A stretch of 63,639 nucleotides of DNA, the filler included, from Saprolegnia diclina VS20 (taxonomy: Eukaryota), in assembly GCF_000281045.1 (NCBI RefSeq). It is 44 parts of 44 records of this genome, joined end to end, with 100 filler letters (N's around TTAATTAATTAA, not from the genome) between each part and the next. Parts side by side here need not be neighbours in the genome. Positions count along the whole stretch, not along the records: positions 61,264 to 62,404 come from NW_008246454.1; positions 62,505 to 63,639 come from NW_008246455.1; 42 more parts are not named here. One strand, 5' to 3'. The translations under genes and the position numbers were made by a program. Position 1 is the first letter of the stretch; every line of letters begins with the position of its first letter. Positions 61,164 through 63,639 of this stretch are shown in pieces. The notes under the pieces are model-generated. The model searched no databases and had not been told where the DNA came from. It saw only the letters and a list, made by a program, of their open reading frames with translations.

Positions 61164-62876
61164 NNNNNNNNNNNNNNNNNNNNNNNNNNNNNNNNNNNNN
61201 NNNNNNNTTAATTAATTAANNNNNNNNNNNNNNNNNNNNNNNNNNNNNNNNNNNNNNNNNNNNATCTTCTGTGCGACTTTTCTGTGCTGTTGAAGCAGCC
61301 GACCAAAATCAAGCGCTGGATTTTACTGCTGTTCTCAGGACCAGTTTCAAGAACGTTTGCCGCAGCCATTGCTCCTTGTACTCCCAGAGGCATGTTAACA
61401 CCAGAGGGGCTGCAGTATTCTCGTCATCTCACACCAGCATTAGCGACCTCTAGAAGAGCTTGTCCATTACTAAGCGGGTGGTGGCCGGCGCTTGATATTA
61501 CTGCAGCAAACCTTCCAAGTGAGTGTAGACACTACCCTGGTTTATAAACCCAAGACACTGCTTGATTTTGGGCGGCAGCAGACGTTGAAGTAGCTCCATC
61601 TTCAAACAATCTGTTCAAAGTCGGATCCGTCAGTTGGAGCTTCCGATCAGGTCCTCTTCGATCGTAGGTACACGCTTGAATGTGCTGTCGTCTCGCTCCG
61701 GGCCCAGAGAGCCCGGTCTCCCCTGGGACGGCAACAGTCGAGCGATCTGCGTCGTTCGCTTCTACGAGTATGTAGAGGCAATGCTATAGAGCCCTTGGTA
61801 TAGTCCTTAGATACGAGACGTGACGTTGTCAGCGGCGTCGTCTGGTGGCGGAGAAGAGACACGCTGCATGTGCACTTGAGCCTGCACCCAGAGAAATCCA
61901 GTACTGTATTTATTGTCCACAAGTGATAACTTCACATGTGGGTATACCCACGTCATACACCCATATACGCCATGCTGCAACGTCTTTGCAGCCCCCGATC
62001 GTGGCCCGCGCATGGACAAGCGCCATATCGAGCGCTCGCTCATGTAGATACGACCTTGCGTCGCGTCGAGAGATGATCCAGTACAGTAGAGGCATTTCGT
62101 ACTGACAAGCCATGAGCTTCAAGAAACTTGGAAACAGCACCTGGTTCTCCAAGCGCAGGCACTTGAAGAAGCTCAGCAGGTGGCATAAGTTACATCGGTT
62201 TACAATACAATTAGCGTGATCGATACAAAACGCAAGTCAACGCAGCGCCTGTCGGGCGCGAGACAGCACGCGTTCTGCCCAATGCGGTGTTGGTGTCGCC
62301 GTCGACAGGCGAGAAAGGACCACTCTGCAGCTCCAGCGGCTTCAAGCACACCGATCTTGCCAACGTAAACGCTTTGAGCCACTCACTCACGCCGGCCTCT
62401 TCTCNNNNNNNNNNNNNNNNNNNNNNNNNNNNNNNNNNNNNNNNNNNNTTAATTAATTAANNNNNNNNNNNNNNNNNNNNNNNNNNNNNNNNNNNNNNNN
62501 NNNNATTTGCCTTCGCCAAGTCGATCTTGAAGCGATCGAACATGCCCGGGGTCACGCCGACGATGTCGACCAAGTACGTCTCGCTTCGCACCACGCGCAG
62601 ATGCGCGAGGAGGACGCGAGCGCACATGAGAGCGTACGGAGCCATGGTCTGCGGCGCGATACCGCCGGCAGAGTCTCAACGGGACATCGACCGCGCCTCG
62701 TGGACGTACAAGTGCCATCGGAGCATCGTTGGCACCCAGCTGGTTGGCACCTCGTCAGCGTTCATTGCTGCGGCTGCACGATAATTTAATTACATACAAA
62801 AATGCATAAGTTTTTATTCATTTGAGTTTATTATTAATAGCCAATCAAATGCCGACTTAATCAAAAAAGCTTCTTC

Positions 62877-62941
62877 CACAATACTTCCGTTGGAGTGCCG
62901 ATTCTCCGAGCCGAGGCATGCGTTGTTATTCTCAACCACTA
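62877..62941 (+). repeat. 65-bp dispersed repeat shared with 51137-51201
   Basis: CACAATACTTCCGTTG(G/A)AGTGCCGATTCTCCGAGCCGAGGCA(T/C)GCGTTGTTATTCTCAACCACTA, two mismatches. Confidence 0.9.
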
Positions 62942-63639
62942 TTAATACAAAGCGTCCTAGTGGCTGGTCCCTACTAGATAGATACTATCGTATCGTAGTG
63001 GATTGGATTGGACTCCGACCTCAAAGCAACTGCGACTCGTGCGTGTAATACAAGGCGCTTGCTAGCTTGGTGGTGTATAGCGCTCGTCGTGGCTGCTCTC
63101 GTTACCACGATCTCACGTCATGGATCGGAAGTTGAAGTAACGACAAATATATGTCGATTGTGCCACGACGCGTAATGGCAGAGAACCGTCGCTTCCGAGT
63201 TGGTCCAAGGGTTGCGAGAAGCTGCTTGAGGGACGTCGCTTCGAGAAAGAGGCTGCGAGCACGTGCTATAGCCAAAGGAGCGCGGGGACCACGAAACTAT
63301 GCGAGAGAAGGTCCCTTGTCCGCTCTGTGGCTCAAGGAGCAAGACACTTTCGAATCGAACCATCCACGCCAGAGCTGCAGTGGTTCTCAAATAGCCAAGC
63401 GCAGTCGAATTCACACTACATACGGTTAATGGGTAGCAATTCAGAAGGGACGTGGCCAGCACATGCATGGTCCTTTCCCACAAGGTGGCACGAAGACATG
63501 TGGTCATATACACTGCATTGCAAGACTGCTGTTTCCGATGCCAGAATCCATTCCAGCGGTTGATGGCCATATTATCCTGTCTCGGGTGTATCCTGTCTCC
63601 AATGCAGTGTATATCCCATGCCCACCAACCCTCGTCAAG

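Noticed and set aside
1610..62504. Regularly spaced TTAATTAATTAA as a CRISPR-like repeat or piggyBac TTAA sites
   Set aside because: It is always centred in a fixed N44/N44 pad, so it is an artificial six-frame-stop linker.

Overview
This window is not contiguous genome. It is a concatenation of 44 short contigs (about 1.0-1.6 kb, broadly decreasing in size) joined by 43 artificial 100-bp spacers (N44-TTAATTAATTAA-N44, stops in all six frames), so neighbourhood across spacers carries no biological information. The content points to an oomycete, most likely Saprolegniales (Saprolegnia-like; inference): short GT-AG and GC-AG introns, oomycete Inr-FPR core promoters, and Car90-like, TKL/ankyrin, LRR and lineage-type membrane gene families. 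Recognisable gene fragments include an R2R3-type Myb, LtrA, ABCG and ABCC transporters, an APC permease, GST, long-chain acyl-CoA synthetase, a TKL kinase and two 2OG-Fe(II)-oxygenase-like genes lacking iron ligands. Mobile-element pieces include gypsy gag and pol (WVDD), copia-like gag-protease, L1-like 3' ends, an archaeal-type RNase H, and piggyBac and hAT derivatives. A roughly 225-bp degenerate mitochondrial-type LSU rRNA insert (NUMT candidate) sits at about 59.0-59.2 kb. The most striking pattern is the number of inverted duplications: seven contigs with spacers of 1 to about 1140 nt, including a five-apex nested hairpin array at 45.0-45.3 kb. These may be real palindromic gene amplifications or fold-back artefacts of amplification or assembly; the sequence alone cannot decide. 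I found no complete novel system that I can demonstrate from this window.
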